Source of the DNA: an uncultured Thermodesulfobacteriota bacterium
GTDB lineage: Bacteria > Desulfobacterota > Anaeroferrophillalia > Anaeroferrophillales > Anaeroferrophillaceae
NCBI GenBank assembly: GCA_964478545.1
Contig: CAYZIS010000003.1
Location: forward strand, 65,941 to 129,940
Length of the DNA stretch: 64,000 bases
Reading direction: 5' to 3'
In this document: positions 50,713 to 61,218 of the stretch, piece by piece
Layout: every line of letters starts with the position of its first letter
Numbering within the stretch: the stretch's first letter is position 1
Notes under the pieces: model-generated
Databases searched by the model: none
Told to the model about the DNA's origin: nothing
Seen by the model: only the letters and a program-made list of their open reading frames with translations
Position numbers and translations under genes: made by a program

Positions 50713-51756
50713 ATGATGACCAGAAAAATTATGGGCAAATCACTCATCCTGCTGATTATCGGCACCTTTCTGACGCTGGGACTTATGCTGCCCGCCCCTG
50801 CCGGCGCCAAAACTATTGAGCTGAGATATGCTAATTTTCCCCCAGCTCCCACCTTCCCCTGCGTCCAGATGGAACGCTGGGCTAAAGAAGTGGCAAAGCG
50901 TACCAATGGAGCGGTGAAAGTTACCACCTATCCAGGCGGAACGTTGCTGGGAGCAAAGAACATGCTCGATGGAGTAATTTCCGGGATTGCCGACATCGGC
51001 TGCTTCTGCCCACCCTACATTCCCGGGCGTTTTCCCTTGATGGAGGGCATTGATCTACCGGTTACCTTCACCAGCGCTACTGTCGCCAGTGCCACATTCT
51101 GGGATCTCTATCAAAAATATCAACCTAAATCTTATGACAAAGTCAAGGTTTTGACCTTGTTTACCTGTGCCCCCGGCAACCTGATGTCAAAAGTGGCGGT
51201 AAAAAAACTCAGTGATCTGAAAAATCTGGAAATCCGGGGAACCGGAATTTCAGGAAAATACCTTGATGCTATAGGAGCTATTCCGGTTGCCATGCCCATG
51301 TCCAGTGTCCCGGAATCACTACAGAAAGGTGTGGTGAAAGGGCTTTTCTCTTCCCTTGAAGTCATGAAGGATTTAAAATTCGCTGAATTATGCAAACATG
51401 TGACCATTACCAATGGCCCTACCACTTCTTTTGCCGTGGTTATGAATCTGAAAAAATGGAATGCCCTGCCAACTGATGTGAAAAAGGTTTTCAATGACCT
51501 GGGACGGGAACAGACCATCTGGACAGGCCAATATGAAGACCAGCATGTGAAAGATGCCCTGGTCTGGTCCAAAGAAAAGCAGGAGGTCGGTATCTATCGT
51601 TTTTCAGCAGCTGAATCTAAAGAAGTCAGCGATAAAGTCAAATTCATGATCACCGGTTACCTGCAGAAAACTAAAGAAGCCGGCCTGTCCGGCCAGCAGT
51701 TTCTCGATGATCTCTACAGTTTAAAGACCAAATACGAAAAAGAATACGGTAAATAA
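50713..51756 (+). CDS. dctP: TRAP transporter substrate-binding protein (DctP family)
   Basis: 347 aa. Signal peptide and DctP-family fold (ELRYANFPPAP ...). Confidence 0.8.
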   Translation: MMTRKIMGKSLILLIIGTFLTLGLMLPAPAGAKTIELRYANFPPAPTFPCVQMERWAKEVAKRTNGAVKVTTYPGGTLLGAKNMLDGVISGIADIGCFCPPYIPGRFPLMEGIDLPVTFTSATVASATFWDLYQKYQPKSYDKVKVLTLFTCAPGNLMSKVAVKKLSDLKNLEIRGTGISGKYLDAIGAIPVAMPMSSVPESLQKGVVKGLFSSLEVMKDLKFAELCKHVTITNGPTTSFAVVMNLKKWNALPTDVKKVFNDLGREQTIWTGQYEDQHVKDALVWSKEKQEVGIYRFSAAESKEVSDKVKFMITGYLQKTKEAGLSGQQFLDDLYSLKTKYEKEYGK

Positions 51757-51763
51757 GCAGCTC

Positions 51764-51807
51764 AAAGGCGGTGGAGTACCCTCTCCACCGCCTTTGGGTA
51801 TTTTTTC
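51764..51807 (+). terminator. Rho-independent terminator after dctP
   Basis: Perfect 13-bp stem aaaggcggtggag / ctccaccgccttt with loop tacc, followed by gggtatttttt. Confidence 0.65.
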
Positions 51808-52044
51808 AGGCATTCCTAACCCGGCGTAGCCGGAAACAAACAGGTTCTATAAATTTTATATTCTCACAGAGCTTACAAAGAAAAAGATCTTTCAATTTCC
51901 CCTTAGTGATCTTAGTGTGCTCTGTGAAAAAAAAAGTTTTGACCTTTTTGCGTAAAACTTTATTGATAAATAACTAACATGCAGGTTATGGCTTTTATCT
52001 CCCCTCCACACAATGGAATACGCTTACAATAATATGGATTTTTT

Positions 52045-52542
52045 GTGGATAAAATAGAGAAAATTATCGCCACCATCAACAAGGTTTGCATAGTTATCGG
52101 CGGGTTATCACTACTTTTGATGATGCTTATTGGCTTTGCCAATGTAGCTTCACGTTGTTTCTGGCGGCCGATTAAGGGCAGTTTTGAAGTGATCGGTTTT
52201 TTAGGTGCATTAACCACCGCCATGGCTCTGGGCTACACCCAGACCCATAAAAATCATGTTGCCATTGATATCCTTACTAACCATTATAATGCTCACTGGC
52301 GGCGGCGGGCAAAAGCTTTCAGCTATCTCATAAGCGCTCTTTTTTTTACTCTGGCTTCCTGGCAAACCACCATCTGGGGTTTGAATATCTGGCATAGTGG
52401 TGAAAGATCAGAAACCTTAAGAATCATCTATCATCCGTTTATTTTTATTGTCGCCATTGGTCTGGGTCTGTTGGCAATCATTCTTTTTCTGGATTTCCTT
52501 CGGGGCCTGCACCAACTTGAAAATCGCCAGGAGGAACTATGA
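52045..52542 (+). CDS. dctQ: TRAP transporter small permease (DctQ family)
   Basis: 165 aa with 4 TM helices. GTG start. Overlaps the dctM start. Confidence 0.7.
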   Translation: MDKIEKIIATINKVCIVIGGLSLLLMMLIGFANVASRCFWRPIKGSFEVIGFLGALTTAMALGYTQTHKNHVAIDILTNHYNAHWRRRAKAFSYLISALFFTLASWQTTIWGLNIWHSGERSETLRIIYHPFIFIVAIGLGLLAIILFLDFLRGLHQLENRQEEL

Positions 52543-53843
52543 GCCCCGAGTTTGTGGGTATTGCCGGCATTGTCATTATGTTGGCATCCATGTTCCTGTT
52601 TCAACTGCCAGTAGGTTTTGCCATGGCTATTATCGGTTTTCTCGGAGTTGCTTATGTTGCTTCCCCCACGGCCGCCCTGGGCATGATTGGCAGCGAATTG
52701 TGGACAACTTTTTCATCCTACGGCCTTACCATCATTCCACTCTTTATTTTCATGGGCCTGATCTGTTTTCATTCCAATGTCAACACTAAACTCTACAATG
52801 TCGCCTATACCTGCCTCGGCCAGACCAGGGGCGGTTTGGCAATGGCAACAATTATGGCCTGTGCCGGTTTTGCCGCCATCAGCGGTTCCAATACCGCCAC
52901 CGCGGCCACCATGACTTCGGTAGCCTTGCCGGAAATGAAAAAATATCGCTATAACCCCATCCTGATTACCGGCTCCATTGCTGCCGGCTCAACCCTGGGG
53001 GTCGTTATTCCTCCAAGCATTGTCCTGGTGGTTTTCGGTATTTATACCGGCCAATCCATAGCCAGACTTTTTTTCGGTAGTATTATACCTGGCATTATCC
53101 TCACAATTCTGATGATTTTCACGGTCATCATAGTTTGCCGGCGACACCAGGAATGGGGTCCGGCTGGACCTAAGACCAGCTTGATCCAGAAATTGGCCTC
53201 ATTTAAAGGATCCATTGAAGTATTGATTCTTTTTTGCATTATCATGGGCGGCCTTTTCATCGGTTTTTTTACTCCCAGCGAAGCCGGAGCCATCGGTTCC
53301 TTTTTTGCCCTGCTGATCAGCCTGGTACAAAGGTCTTTAAGCTGGAAAGGATTTAGAAGGTCTATTGAAGATACATTAAAAATCTCCTGTTTTATCATTG
53401 TCATCATCACCGGAGCCGTCATTTTCGGCCGCTTTCTTGCTATTACCAGGCTCCCCTATTTGATTGCTGAATGGGCTGCCGTCTTGCCGGTTCCCAATTT
53501 TGTCATTCTCTGGCTGATCATCGTGGTATTTATTATTGGCGGGGCCATTATGGATGCCCTTGGCCTGCTATTGATTACCATACCCATTTTCTATCCTCTG
53601 GCCCTGAAATTACATTATGATCCCATATGGTTTGGCGTCTTGATCACCATTGTCACCACCATGGGCGCCATTACTCCACCAGTGGGAGTTAACGCTTACG
53701 TGGTCGCCGGAATGTCTGAAGATATTTCTCTGGCTACGGTTTTTAAAGGGGTTGTCTATTTTCTTCCCACGTACATCGTCTGTATTTTACTCATTGAAAT
53801 ATTTCCGTCCCTGGTTACCTACCTGGCGGGAGCGGTTCACTAA
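52539..53843 (+). CDS. dctM: TRAP transporter large permease (DctM family)
   Basis: 434 aa and ~12 TM helices. DctM-family motifs. Confidence 0.85.
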   Translation: MSPEFVGIAGIVIMLASMFLFQLPVGFAMAIIGFLGVAYVASPTAALGMIGSELWTTFSSYGLTIIPLFIFMGLICFHSNVNTKLYNVAYTCLGQTRGGLAMATIMACAGFAAISGSNTATAATMTSVALPEMKKYRYNPILITGSIAAGSTLGVVIPPSIVLVVFGIYTGQSIARLFFGSIIPGIILTILMIFTVIIVCRRHQEWGPAGPKTSLIQKLASFKGSIEVLILFCIIMGGLFIGFFTPSEAGAIGSFFALLISLVQRSLSWKGFRRSIEDTLKISCFIIVIITGAVIFGRFLAITRLPYLIAEWAAVLPVPNFVILWLIIVVFIIGGAIMDALGLLLITIPIFYPLALKLHYDPIWFGVLITIVTTMGAITPPVGVNAYVVAGMSEDISLATVFKGVVYFLPTYIVCILLIEIFPSLVTYLAGAVH

Positions 53844-53844
53844 A

Positions 53845-54193
53845 CTGACTGACCTCAGCAATGTTCAGACCCGGGCCCGGAAAACCAGTGATGGCTATGT
53901 TATCAACGGGATGAAAACATGGTCAACCAATGGGCCAAAAGGAGATTTCCATACCGTCCTTTGTCAAACCGACCCTGACAAGGGTTTGATCGGAAATATA
54001 TTTTAACGACTGTCATATACCACCTGAGTATCGCCTGCCGTACGGCGGACGAAGCCATGAAAATCCATGGAGCCTATGGTTACTCAATGGAATATGCGGT
54101 ACAGCGCTATTATCGTGATAATCGTTTTCTTTTTAATGGTGGGGGTACTCATGAAGTCCTGCAAACTACTATCGTCAGACAATATTTGAAATG
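53845..54193 (+). pseudogene. acyl-CoA dehydrogenase remnant (two short fragments)
   Basis: 53860-54006 encodes a middle-domain piece (ARKTSDGYVINGMKTWSTNGPKGDFHTVLCQTDPDKGLIG). 54007-54190 encodes the C-terminus (AYGYSMEYAVQRYYRDNRFLFNGGGTHEVLQTTIVRQYLK). There is no N-terminus or start, and there are large internal deletions. Confidence 0.55.
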
Positions 54194-54850
54194 AGCCGCA
54201 GCAAAAAAGACTTAATTCACGCTACCTTGAAACGGCAGATTCTCAACCTGAAAATCAAGCCCAACCAAGTATTGAAAGAGGAAGAAATTGCCAAGGCTCA
54301 CGGGGTCAGCCGCACCCCGGCCCGGGAGGCCCTGCAGCTGTTGGAACAGGAAGGGTTTTTGGAGCAGAAACGTAAAGTTGGCTATCTTGTCCGGGCCTTG
54401 ACCCGGGAAGATTTAAAGGAAATTATCGAAGTCAGGAGCATTCTTGAAGGGTATGCCGCCCGGCTGGCAACCAGCAGAAAAGACATCCGAACGATGAAAC
54501 AGTTAAAAGAAATCAATGAAAAAGCTGTCCATTTTCTGGAGACCGGAGAACTGGAAAAATTTTTTCGTAATTCTTCTGATTTCCATGATGTTCTTTATCG
54601 GGGCAGTGGCAACCAGCGGCTTTGCGGCATCATAGAATCTTTACGGGATAATTTTCTCCGCTACCGGCGGATATTGCTGCGAATTCCCAACATGTCCCAA
54701 ATCCAGATTGAAGACCACAGCCAGATGCTGACCATTATGGAGGAAGGCCGGGAAGATATGGTGGAAAGGCTGGTACGAAAACACATTCGCCGCAGCGGCA
54801 AGGCCCTGCTCGAATACCTGGACCGGGATCATATTGAAATTCTCAGCTAA
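54191..54850 (+). CDS. GntR-family transcriptional regulator (FadR/FCD subfamily)
   Basis: 219 aa. N-terminal winged helix-turn-helix (EEIAKAHGVSRTPAREALQLLEQEG) and a C-terminal FCD domain. Confidence 0.8.
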   Translation: MSRSKKDLIHATLKRQILNLKIKPNQVLKEEEIAKAHGVSRTPAREALQLLEQEGFLEQKRKVGYLVRALTREDLKEIIEVRSILEGYAARLATSRKDIRTMKQLKEINEKAVHFLETGELEKFFRNSSDFHDVLYRGSGNQRLCGIIESLRDNFLRYRRILLRIPNMSQIQIEDHSQMLTIMEEGREDMVERLVRKHIRRSGKALLEYLDRDHIEILS

Positions 54851-54881
54851 CCCAGTAAAATTCTATTCCTGCAACACCGGT

Positions 54882-56687
54882 TCATGTCAACCGTGAATAG
54901 AGGGATGGCAATCTCTTTTCCCTCTTATCAGTTGGTTTCTCCGCTGTTTTATTGTGCAAATATTTTGCGATTATCTGCCAGAACTGATTTCCATCCCACT
55001 CCCGGTTAACTTCCGGACTGTAAAGAGCCTCTTCAAGTTCGGCGAAAGCTTTTGTCAGTTCGGCATTTTCCAGCTTTGCCGCCAGATTTTTGAGATTGGT
55101 CGGCGGATTTTGTGGCCAAACGGCGGTAGCCCAATTGAGAATGGCCTGTTGAACCTGTCGAGGGTTATTGGCCAGACAGGATTTTTTGATGCGATCACGG
55201 TTTGCCATTGATTTCTTTTCCGTTTGTTTTTCCCTGTGCTGTTGATCAACTACTTGCCGTCGCCAGGATTTGCGCCAGAAAAAGATGGTAATGAACCAAG
55301 CCAGCAGCAAAATAAAGCTAACCCCCTGCCAGAGCCGGACGCTGCCAGAAACCGGTGTCTTTTCAGATAGTGATTTTTTTACCGGTACAGCTTGATTTTT
55401 TACTGCATTTTGTGAGCCGGCCTGGACTGTTGCTGGATGATGGTTGTTCTGGTTCCCGATAGTACCAGGTTGTCCTGGCACTGCGACTACTTTAACCTTG
55501 CGAGCCGGCAGGACCGCCTTCTGCTGGCGATTGTTGACCACATCCCACCAATCGATACTCATTTCCGGCAGAGTGAACGTTCCCGCCCGAGACGGAATGA
55601 AAGCCATTGACTGACGTTTAATGGCATGCAGATAGTCACCATCTATCTGGTTTTTGAGTTCTGGCTGATCGAGATAAATTTTACAGCCATCAGGGGTCTT
55701 GACCTTGACCTCCGGCAGTTGCTCGGCAGTAAGACCAAAGGCTTCAATCTGGATGCTTCGTGTCAGCGGTTCACCAACTTTGAGCTCCTTGACCTGACTT
55801 TTATCCTCTTTAATCGTTACAGCTCTCGCCGGCAGCCATACTTTCCCTTTAAACACATCCGGTATTGGGGTCAGGGGAATTTTCAACTCCTGACTGCGGG
55901 TCCTGAGCCGGCGTTTCTGACCGGGAAAGCGGTTAAAAAAAGGATCACTCGAAAAAAAACGATTGCGGCCGGCATTGATGATAGCCTGGAAAAGCAGTGG
56001 AGGAACCGTAACCTCCCGGCCCTCTTCGGGGATAATGGCATATTTTCGCTCAATTACCTGGTAGTCAACCCCATTTTTTTGGCTTTGATAACGCCGGTCA
56101 TCACCAAGTTTGATGACGCTGGCATGTTCCAGCTTTGGTTCTTCAAGGGAAGCTTCACTCAGGTTTAGTTGAGATTTAATGAGAAGTTTGACGCTGATGG
56201 TAATCTGCCCCTGGATATACGCCGGGGTTTCCATCTCCGGCATGACCTCAATAAAAATATCACCCAGAGGAGCTGAAGAGCTCGGAGTTATGGAAGCTGG
56301 GCTGGCAACCGTCAAGGTCAGAGGTTTGCTCTTTTCCCCATGGATAGTAAATGACGGGATGGTCAACGTGCCGGTGTGTTTTGGTTCGAGTTCAATATTC
56401 CAGGTTTTCGTGGCTTTGCTGGAGCCATTGATGATCTGGAAATTACTGCTCGTCGACTGGTTGACAATGGAAAAATCTTTTTCCAGGGCGCTGGTACCGA
56501 GGCTGGAAATTGAATTCAGGGCACCATCGGCTTCAATCGAAAGATTGACCGTTTCATCACTACTGATAGACTGGCGGTCAAGGTGGGCGCGAACAGCCGC
56601 CATGCAGTTTACGGGTGCAAAGCCACCAAAAGTCACCCAAACCAGAGTGATGAGAAAAAAATATGAAATTTTACCCTGTTGTCCCAT
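54882..56687 (-). CDS. batD: BatD-family protein (aerotolerance operon)
   Basis: Start re-assigned to ATG at 56687 (MGQQGKISYFFLITLVWVTFGGFA, a signal peptide). The 200-aa basic extension in the ORF track is read through the batB 3' end. There is a C-terminal TM helix. It is the last gene of the moxR-bat operon. Confidence 0.6.
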   Translation of the reverse strand: MGQQGKISYFFLITLVWVTFGGFAPVNCMAAVRAHLDRQSISSDETVNLSIEADGALNSISSLGTSALEKDFSIVNQSTSSNFQIINGSSKATKTWNIELEPKHTGTLTIPSFTIHGEKSKPLTLTVASPASITPSSSAPLGDIFIEVMPEMETPAYIQGQITISVKLLIKSQLNLSEASLEEPKLEHASVIKLGDDRRYQSQKNGVDYQVIERKYAIIPEEGREVTVPPLLFQAIINAGRNRFFSSDPFFNRFPGQKRRLRTRSQELKIPLTPIPDVFKGKVWLPARAVTIKEDKSQVKELKVGEPLTRSIQIEAFGLTAEQLPEVKVKTPDGCKIYLDQPELKNQIDGDYLHAIKRQSMAFIPSRAGTFTLPEMSIDWWDVVNNRQQKAVLPARKVKVVAVPGQPGTIGNQNNHHPATVQAGSQNAVKNQAVPVKKSLSEKTPVSGSVRLWQGVSFILLLAWFITIFFWRKSWRRQVVDQQHREKQTEKKSMANRDRIKKSCLANNPRQVQQAILNWATAVWPQNPPTNLKNLAAKLENAELTKAFAELEEALYSPEVNREWDGNQFWQIIAKYLHNKTAEKPTDKREKRLPSLYSRLT

Positions 56688-56709
56688 GGTTTTACCTGTC
56701 AAAATTTGA

Positions 56710-58608
56710 TCACCATCCTTTGTGCCCTTGGGCTCGATCCTGCCGGGTACGATACTGGTAGAGGAATTTTCTTTGCAGCAGTCCCCCGGGGTCATCCGGC
56801 ACCCGACGCAGCCACTGCTCCAGGGCCTGTTGCTTGGCATCCATCGGTTTTTCCTCCTCAGTAGCGCTGGTCGCGGCTTTCTTTTGTTCCTCTTGCTTTT
56901 CTTTCTCTGATTTTTCCGCCTTTCCTGTCGCGGTTTTTGCGGCGGCGTCATCTGAAGATCGGGCCGTATCCGGAGCAGATTTTTTATCCTGCCGTTGCTT
57001 ATCCGCTTGGGTCTGCCTGGGGGCAGTCGATTGCTGATCTTCCTGATGGTGATCCGTCTGATTCGCTGAATTCTGCTGCTGTTTCTGATCCTGCTGACCG
57101 GAGGATTGCTTTTCTTTGTTTGTATCCTGATGTTTTTGATTATTCTGTTCCGACCGTTGTTGGTCCTGGTTCTGTTCTTGTTTTTTTTGCTCTTTTTCCT
57201 GTTGCTGATTGTCCTTTTTTGGGGATTTATCCTGCTTTTTTTGTTTCTGTTGTTTTTCCAGAAATTTTGCCACCAGTTCCCGATTAAAACGGGCATCTCC
57301 CATCTGTGGATTCAGCTTGAGGGCCTGATCGTAGGCAGCCAGCGCCTTTTCAAGCTTTCCAGCCCGGGCCAGGGCGTTACCACGGTTGTAGAAATCTTTG
57401 GCTGAGCTAAGCGGTTCAAGGGTGGCGGCCGCCTCCTTGAACTTCCCGGTCCTATACAGGGACGCAGCCTTCCAGGCGGGATCTTTAGCTAGTTGCGCCG
57501 CTGCCTTATAATCTTTTTGCTGAAAAGCTGTTGTTGCCTGTTGATCAGATCTCTGCCAGAGATCCTGCCAATTAAAAGCGGCGGCCGGATCAGCATGGAA
57601 CAAGAGAACGACCAGGATCACCAACAGCCAACCTCTACGGAAGCAAAAAGCTGCCATTAATACCAGAGGAAGCAACAACCAGGGACCCCGATCAAGCCAT
57701 TGATCGCCAGTCAGCTCGCTTTTTTTTCGCTTTTTCGGAAAAAGAACGGTAGGCTGATTGAGAACTGAAAATGCAGAATCCGGCGCCTCGATATCAACAT
57801 ATCGTCCTCCACCCTTGACCGCCACCTGGCGCAACAAATCAAAATTCGGCACCGGCACGACAATATTGCCCTGATCATCTTTCAGGTATCCTCCATCCGG
57901 CAGTGGCACCGGAGCGCCCTCCCTGGTACCAACAGCAATGACATCCAGACGATAGCCTGCTTTATTAAGCTTCGCGGCAACCTTGACCGCCGCCTCATCA
58001 GCATCATCAGCAACCAAAATGATCTGACCACGACTGACTGCCGCCCGCCGGAGTAGTTCGCCGGCTTTTTCCAGGCCCCGGTCGGCCCGGCTGCCCTGCA
58101 CCGGAACCGTGTTGGTAGTAAGACTGGGAAGAAGGTTGAGAATCGTGGCCCGGTCATCAGTCAACGGCGTAACGATAAAGCTGTCACCGGCAAAAACCAC
58201 CAGCCCCTGATCAATCCCGACACCGGCTTTAATCAGATCTATTGCTTTATAACGCGCCCTAGTCAGACGACTTGGGGGAATATCAGGAGATTGCATCGAA
58301 AGTGACAAATCAAGGACGATAACCCGGCCGGTGGCCGACCTGAACAGCGGCTGGGGCCGTCGTTCCCAGGTGGGGCCGGCCAGGGCCAGGGTGGCAAGCA
58401 GCAGCATAAGCAGAAGAGCTCCGGAGATCCTTTTGGCTGAGGTTTCGGATTCTCCCACGAGAAGTTTCCCCAGCAGGTGACGGTCACAAACCTTGTCCCA
58501 CCGGCTTTTACCACTCTCCTGTTTTCGCCAGCCGTTCAGCAGCCAAAGACCAAGAGGGAACGCCAACAGCCACCAGGGCCGCAGGAAATGGAAGTTATGA
58601 AAATTCAT
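56710..58608 (-). CDS. batB: BatB/BatC fusion: VWA-domain protein with TPR repeats and a ~200-aa Q/K/E-rich low-complexity region
   Basis: N-terminal TM (MNFHNFHFLRPWWLLAFPLGL), a VWA MIDAS motif (VIVLDLSLSMQS), then TPR repeats (AAATLEPLSSAKDFYNRGNALARAGKLEKALAAYDQALKLNP), then a KQQKQKKQDK ... low-complexity tract. Confidence 0.7.
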   Translation of the reverse strand: MNFHNFHFLRPWWLLAFPLGLWLLNGWRKQESGKSRWDKVCDRHLLGKLLVGESETSAKRISGALLLMLLLATLALAGPTWERRPQPLFRSATGRVIVLDLSLSMQSPDIPPSRLTRARYKAIDLIKAGVGIDQGLVVFAGDSFIVTPLTDDRATILNLLPSLTTNTVPVQGSRADRGLEKAGELLRRAAVSRGQIILVADDADEAAVKVAAKLNKAGYRLDVIAVGTREGAPVPLPDGGYLKDDQGNIVVPVPNFDLLRQVAVKGGGRYVDIEAPDSAFSVLNQPTVLFPKKRKKSELTGDQWLDRGPWLLLPLVLMAAFCFRRGWLLVILVVLLFHADPAAAFNWQDLWQRSDQQATTAFQQKDYKAAAQLAKDPAWKAASLYRTGKFKEAAATLEPLSSAKDFYNRGNALARAGKLEKALAAYDQALKLNPQMGDARFNRELVAKFLEKQQKQKKQDKSPKKDNQQQEKEQKKQEQNQDQQRSEQNNQKHQDTNKEKQSSGQQDQKQQQNSANQTDHHQEDQQSTAPRQTQADKQRQDKKSAPDTARSSDDAAAKTATGKAEKSEKEKQEEQKKAATSATEEEKPMDAKQQALEQWLRRVPDDPGGLLQRKFLYQYRTRQDRAQGHKGW

Positions 58609-59578
58609 GGTGTCTGGTTACCATCAGTAAAAATGTGAGCAGCAAGGCGGTGCTTAAGGGCCAATAGAAGAGGTCACGAACAGGACGCAGGTTCTGGTCT
58701 TCACTGACTACCGGTTCAAGCTTATCAAGCAGGGCATATATTTTTTCCAGCTCCCGGGGGTCGCGGGCACGAAAGTAACGACCGCCGGTGAGTTTGGCAA
58801 TCTTTTGCAAGGTTTTTTCATCGAGATCAGCTGATGGATTAACCACCCGCTGGCCAAAAAAGGTATTGACCACCATCCGATCGGCCCCGACTCCGATGGT
58901 ATAGATGGATACTTTCTCTTCGGTCGCCAGTTCGGCTGCTTTCAATGGATCGATAGCACCCGCAGTGTTGGCACCATCTGTCAACAGGATTAGTACTTTC
59001 CGTTTACCAGGCCTTTTCTGCAGGCGTTTAACCGCCAGTCCCAGGGCATCGCCAATAGCAGTTTTTTTGCCGGCAATACCGATCAATGATTCCTGCAGCA
59101 GCTGATTGACCGTTTTGCGATCAAGTGAAAGCGGTGTCTGCAGGTAGGCCCGGGTACCGAAAAGAATCAGGCCGAGGCGATCACCCTGACGGCGCTTGAT
59201 AAAATTTCCGGCAATTTTTTTAATCATGGTCAGCCGATCAACGGTTTGATTATCCAGTTCCATATCTTTGATCTGCATACTCCCGGAAATATCGACCGCC
59301 AGTAGCAGATCACGGCCACTGATCGGAGTACTCAAAGGTTCACCAATCCATTGAGGACGAGCTGCAGCTCCGACCAGCAGAATCCAGGCCAAAATCGCCA
59401 GTAGCCGAATCCAGGTGGAGCTTTTGCCGCTGCTGAACTGGCGAAAACCGGCAAGTTCCCGGTAAAATGGTACTTTCAGGGCCATGCCGGAGGTTGTGCG
59501 GGCCCGGGGCAGCAAAAGATAGGCCAGGATGGGCAGGGGTAGAACGAAAAACATCCAGGGCCAGGCAAAGGTGGTCAT
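58595..59578 (-). CDS. batA: BatA, VWA-domain membrane protein
   Basis: N-terminus MTTFAWPWMFFVLPLPILAYLLLP. VWA domain with DISGSM MIDAS motif. Confidence 0.7.
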   Translation of the reverse strand: MTTFAWPWMFFVLPLPILAYLLLPRARTTSGMALKVPFYRELAGFRQFSSGKSSTWIRLLAILAWILLVGAAARPQWIGEPLSTPISGRDLLLAVDISGSMQIKDMELDNQTVDRLTMIKKIAGNFIKRRQGDRLGLILFGTRAYLQTPLSLDRKTVNQLLQESLIGIAGKKTAIGDALGLAVKRLQKRPGKRKVLILLTDGANTAGAIDPLKAAELATEEKVSIYTIGVGADRMVVNTFFGQRVVNPSADLDEKTLQKIAKLTGGRYFRARDPRELEKIYALLDKLEPVVSEDQNLRPVRDLFYWPLSTALLLTFLLMVTRHHEFS

Positions 59579-60081
59579 GCTTGCCTCCGGGTTTTTCGTT
59601 TTTGCGCCCCAAACCACTTTTCAATAACTTTCCCCAAAGCCTCAAGATCAGTAGCCGTAACCGGGGCATAGATCTCTTCCAACAGCGGACGAAGCTCAGC
59701 ATCGATAATTTTCAGACCTTTCTCCCCTGCCCTCTCTTTGAGAAAATCAAGCCATGGTTGACCGCAGAGACCGGCGACCTGGTGTCGGGGGAAAAAGACC
59801 AGACAGAAACGACGCAGCAGGGCAGAAATATCCTGCAGGGTCTGGAGCTGAATTTCAGGACTCCTACTGTGCAGGTCAAGCTGGGAAAGCTCTTGCAGAG
59901 CCAGCTTAATCGGCCGCTTGAAAAGCTGCCGCTGCCGCCATTTATAAAAGATATAGGCAAACAGTACTAACAGTAGAAAACTCAGTATCCACCAACCTGG
60001 AGCCGGGGGCCACCAGCTGGGGACAGGAGGTAGGTGGATATCTTTTAAGGCTGTCAGGGGATTTGGACTAGTTGGATTCAT
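59575..60081 (-). CDS. DUF4381-domain protein
   Basis: 168 aa. PPVPSWWPPAPGWWIL motif and one TM helix. Typical position between the DUF58 gene and batA. Confidence 0.5.
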   Translation of the reverse strand: MNPTSPNPLTALKDIHLPPVPSWWPPAPGWWILSFLLLVLFAYIFYKWRQRQLFKRPIKLALQELSQLDLHSRSPEIQLQTLQDISALLRRFCLVFFPRHQVAGLCGQPWLDFLKERAGEKGLKIIDAELRPLLEEIYAPVTATDLEALGKVIEKWFGAQKRKTRRQA

Positions 60082-61036
60082 GGCGGCTCACATGACGTTT
60101 AAGACTGAGGCCCCGGCGCATAACCCCGGCGATGTCCGTACCGGAGACAAGCTTGAGCAACGGTATTTTCAGATGGTTGGAAAGTTGTTCCAAACTCTCC
60201 TGACGACGGCGAAAAACCTCGTTGTAATACTGACGAAAGTCGGAATTTTTGGTGTTGAGCCGGGCATTTTCATGACCGTCAGTTATACTGTAGATTCCTG
60301 GGGGTGGCGGGGCCATTTCCAGGGGGTCGATTACCTGGCAAAGAACAAGATCGTTGTGCCGGCGCAGGCGTCCAAGATTTCGTTCCATCTCCGGATCATA
60401 ATGATAAAAATCACTGATCAGAAAAATCCGGCTACCGGGACGGATGGCTCGTATTCCGTGACGAATCAGCTGATCTAAAGATGAACCGGAATTATCGCCG
60501 GCAAATTGGCTGGTCGCTTTGACCAGCGCTTGGATCAATGCCAGCACCCCTTTCCTGCCGGCTGTGGGTCTCAGTTCAAATTTCTCCCGGGGGCTTAAGA
60601 TAATGCCACCGATGCGGTCACCGTTAAAGATCGTGGTCCAGGCAATGGTGGCCGCCAGGCGGGCGGCAATCACCGATTTAAATGCTTCCTTGGTCCCGAA
60701 ATACAGTGATGGGCTGAAGTCCATCAGGATAATAACCGGCCGATCACGTTCTTCAACATAAACTTTAGTGTGGGTTTTGCCGGTGCGGGCCGTGACCCGC
60801 CAGTCAATATTGCGAACATCATCGCCTGGGGTGTAGATTCTGGATTCGGCATAATCCATGCCGCGTCCCCTGAATTTTGACAGGGTACTGCCAGCCATGA
60901 TGGAATAAGCCCGCGTACTGCCACCAACACTCAAAGTGCGAGCCACATGCCGTAGTGCAAGCAGCTCTTCCGGTGTACAGGTTATGCCGTTAACGGTTGC
61001 CGGTCGTGATTTTCTGATAAATTTTATCAGTCGCAT
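60068..61036 (-). CDS. DUF58-domain protein (MoxR partner, VWA-like)
   Basis: 322 aa. DUF58 signature RGRGMDYAESRIYTPGDDVRNIDWRVTAR. Confidence 0.75.
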   Translation of the reverse strand: MRLIKFIRKSRPATVNGITCTPEELLALRHVARTLSVGGSTRAYSIMAGSTLSKFRGRGMDYAESRIYTPGDDVRNIDWRVTARTGKTHTKVYVEERDRPVIILMDFSPSLYFGTKEAFKSVIAARLAATIAWTTIFNGDRIGGIILSPREKFELRPTAGRKGVLALIQALVKATSQFAGDNSGSSLDQLIRHGIRAIRPGSRIFLISDFYHYDPEMERNLGRLRRHNDLVLCQVIDPLEMAPPPPGIYSITDGHENARLNTKNSDFRQYYNEVFRRRQESLEQLSNHLKIPLLKLVSGTDIAGVMRRGLSLKRHVSRHESN

Positions 61037-61218
61037 GGATTATTCTCTGGTGAAATGCTTACTTACATGGCAGTTTTAAAAATTCTCAACTTTCCGTGTT
61101 GCTCTAAAACAGTGATAATACCTCAGTAAAACAATGCCAGAGACACCACGAAGCACGATGAACACGAAGTTTTTTTTCAGAAAGTTGAATTTTAAGCTGC
61201 TGAGATTCAGGCTTCGGC

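Noticed and set aside
56688-57296. 200-aa arginine/lysine-rich N-terminal extension of the 804-aa 'BatD' ORF
   Set aside because: It is read in an alternative frame through the BatB low-complexity 3' region. A proper signal-peptide start (MGQQGK ... at 56687) lies just after the batB stop.
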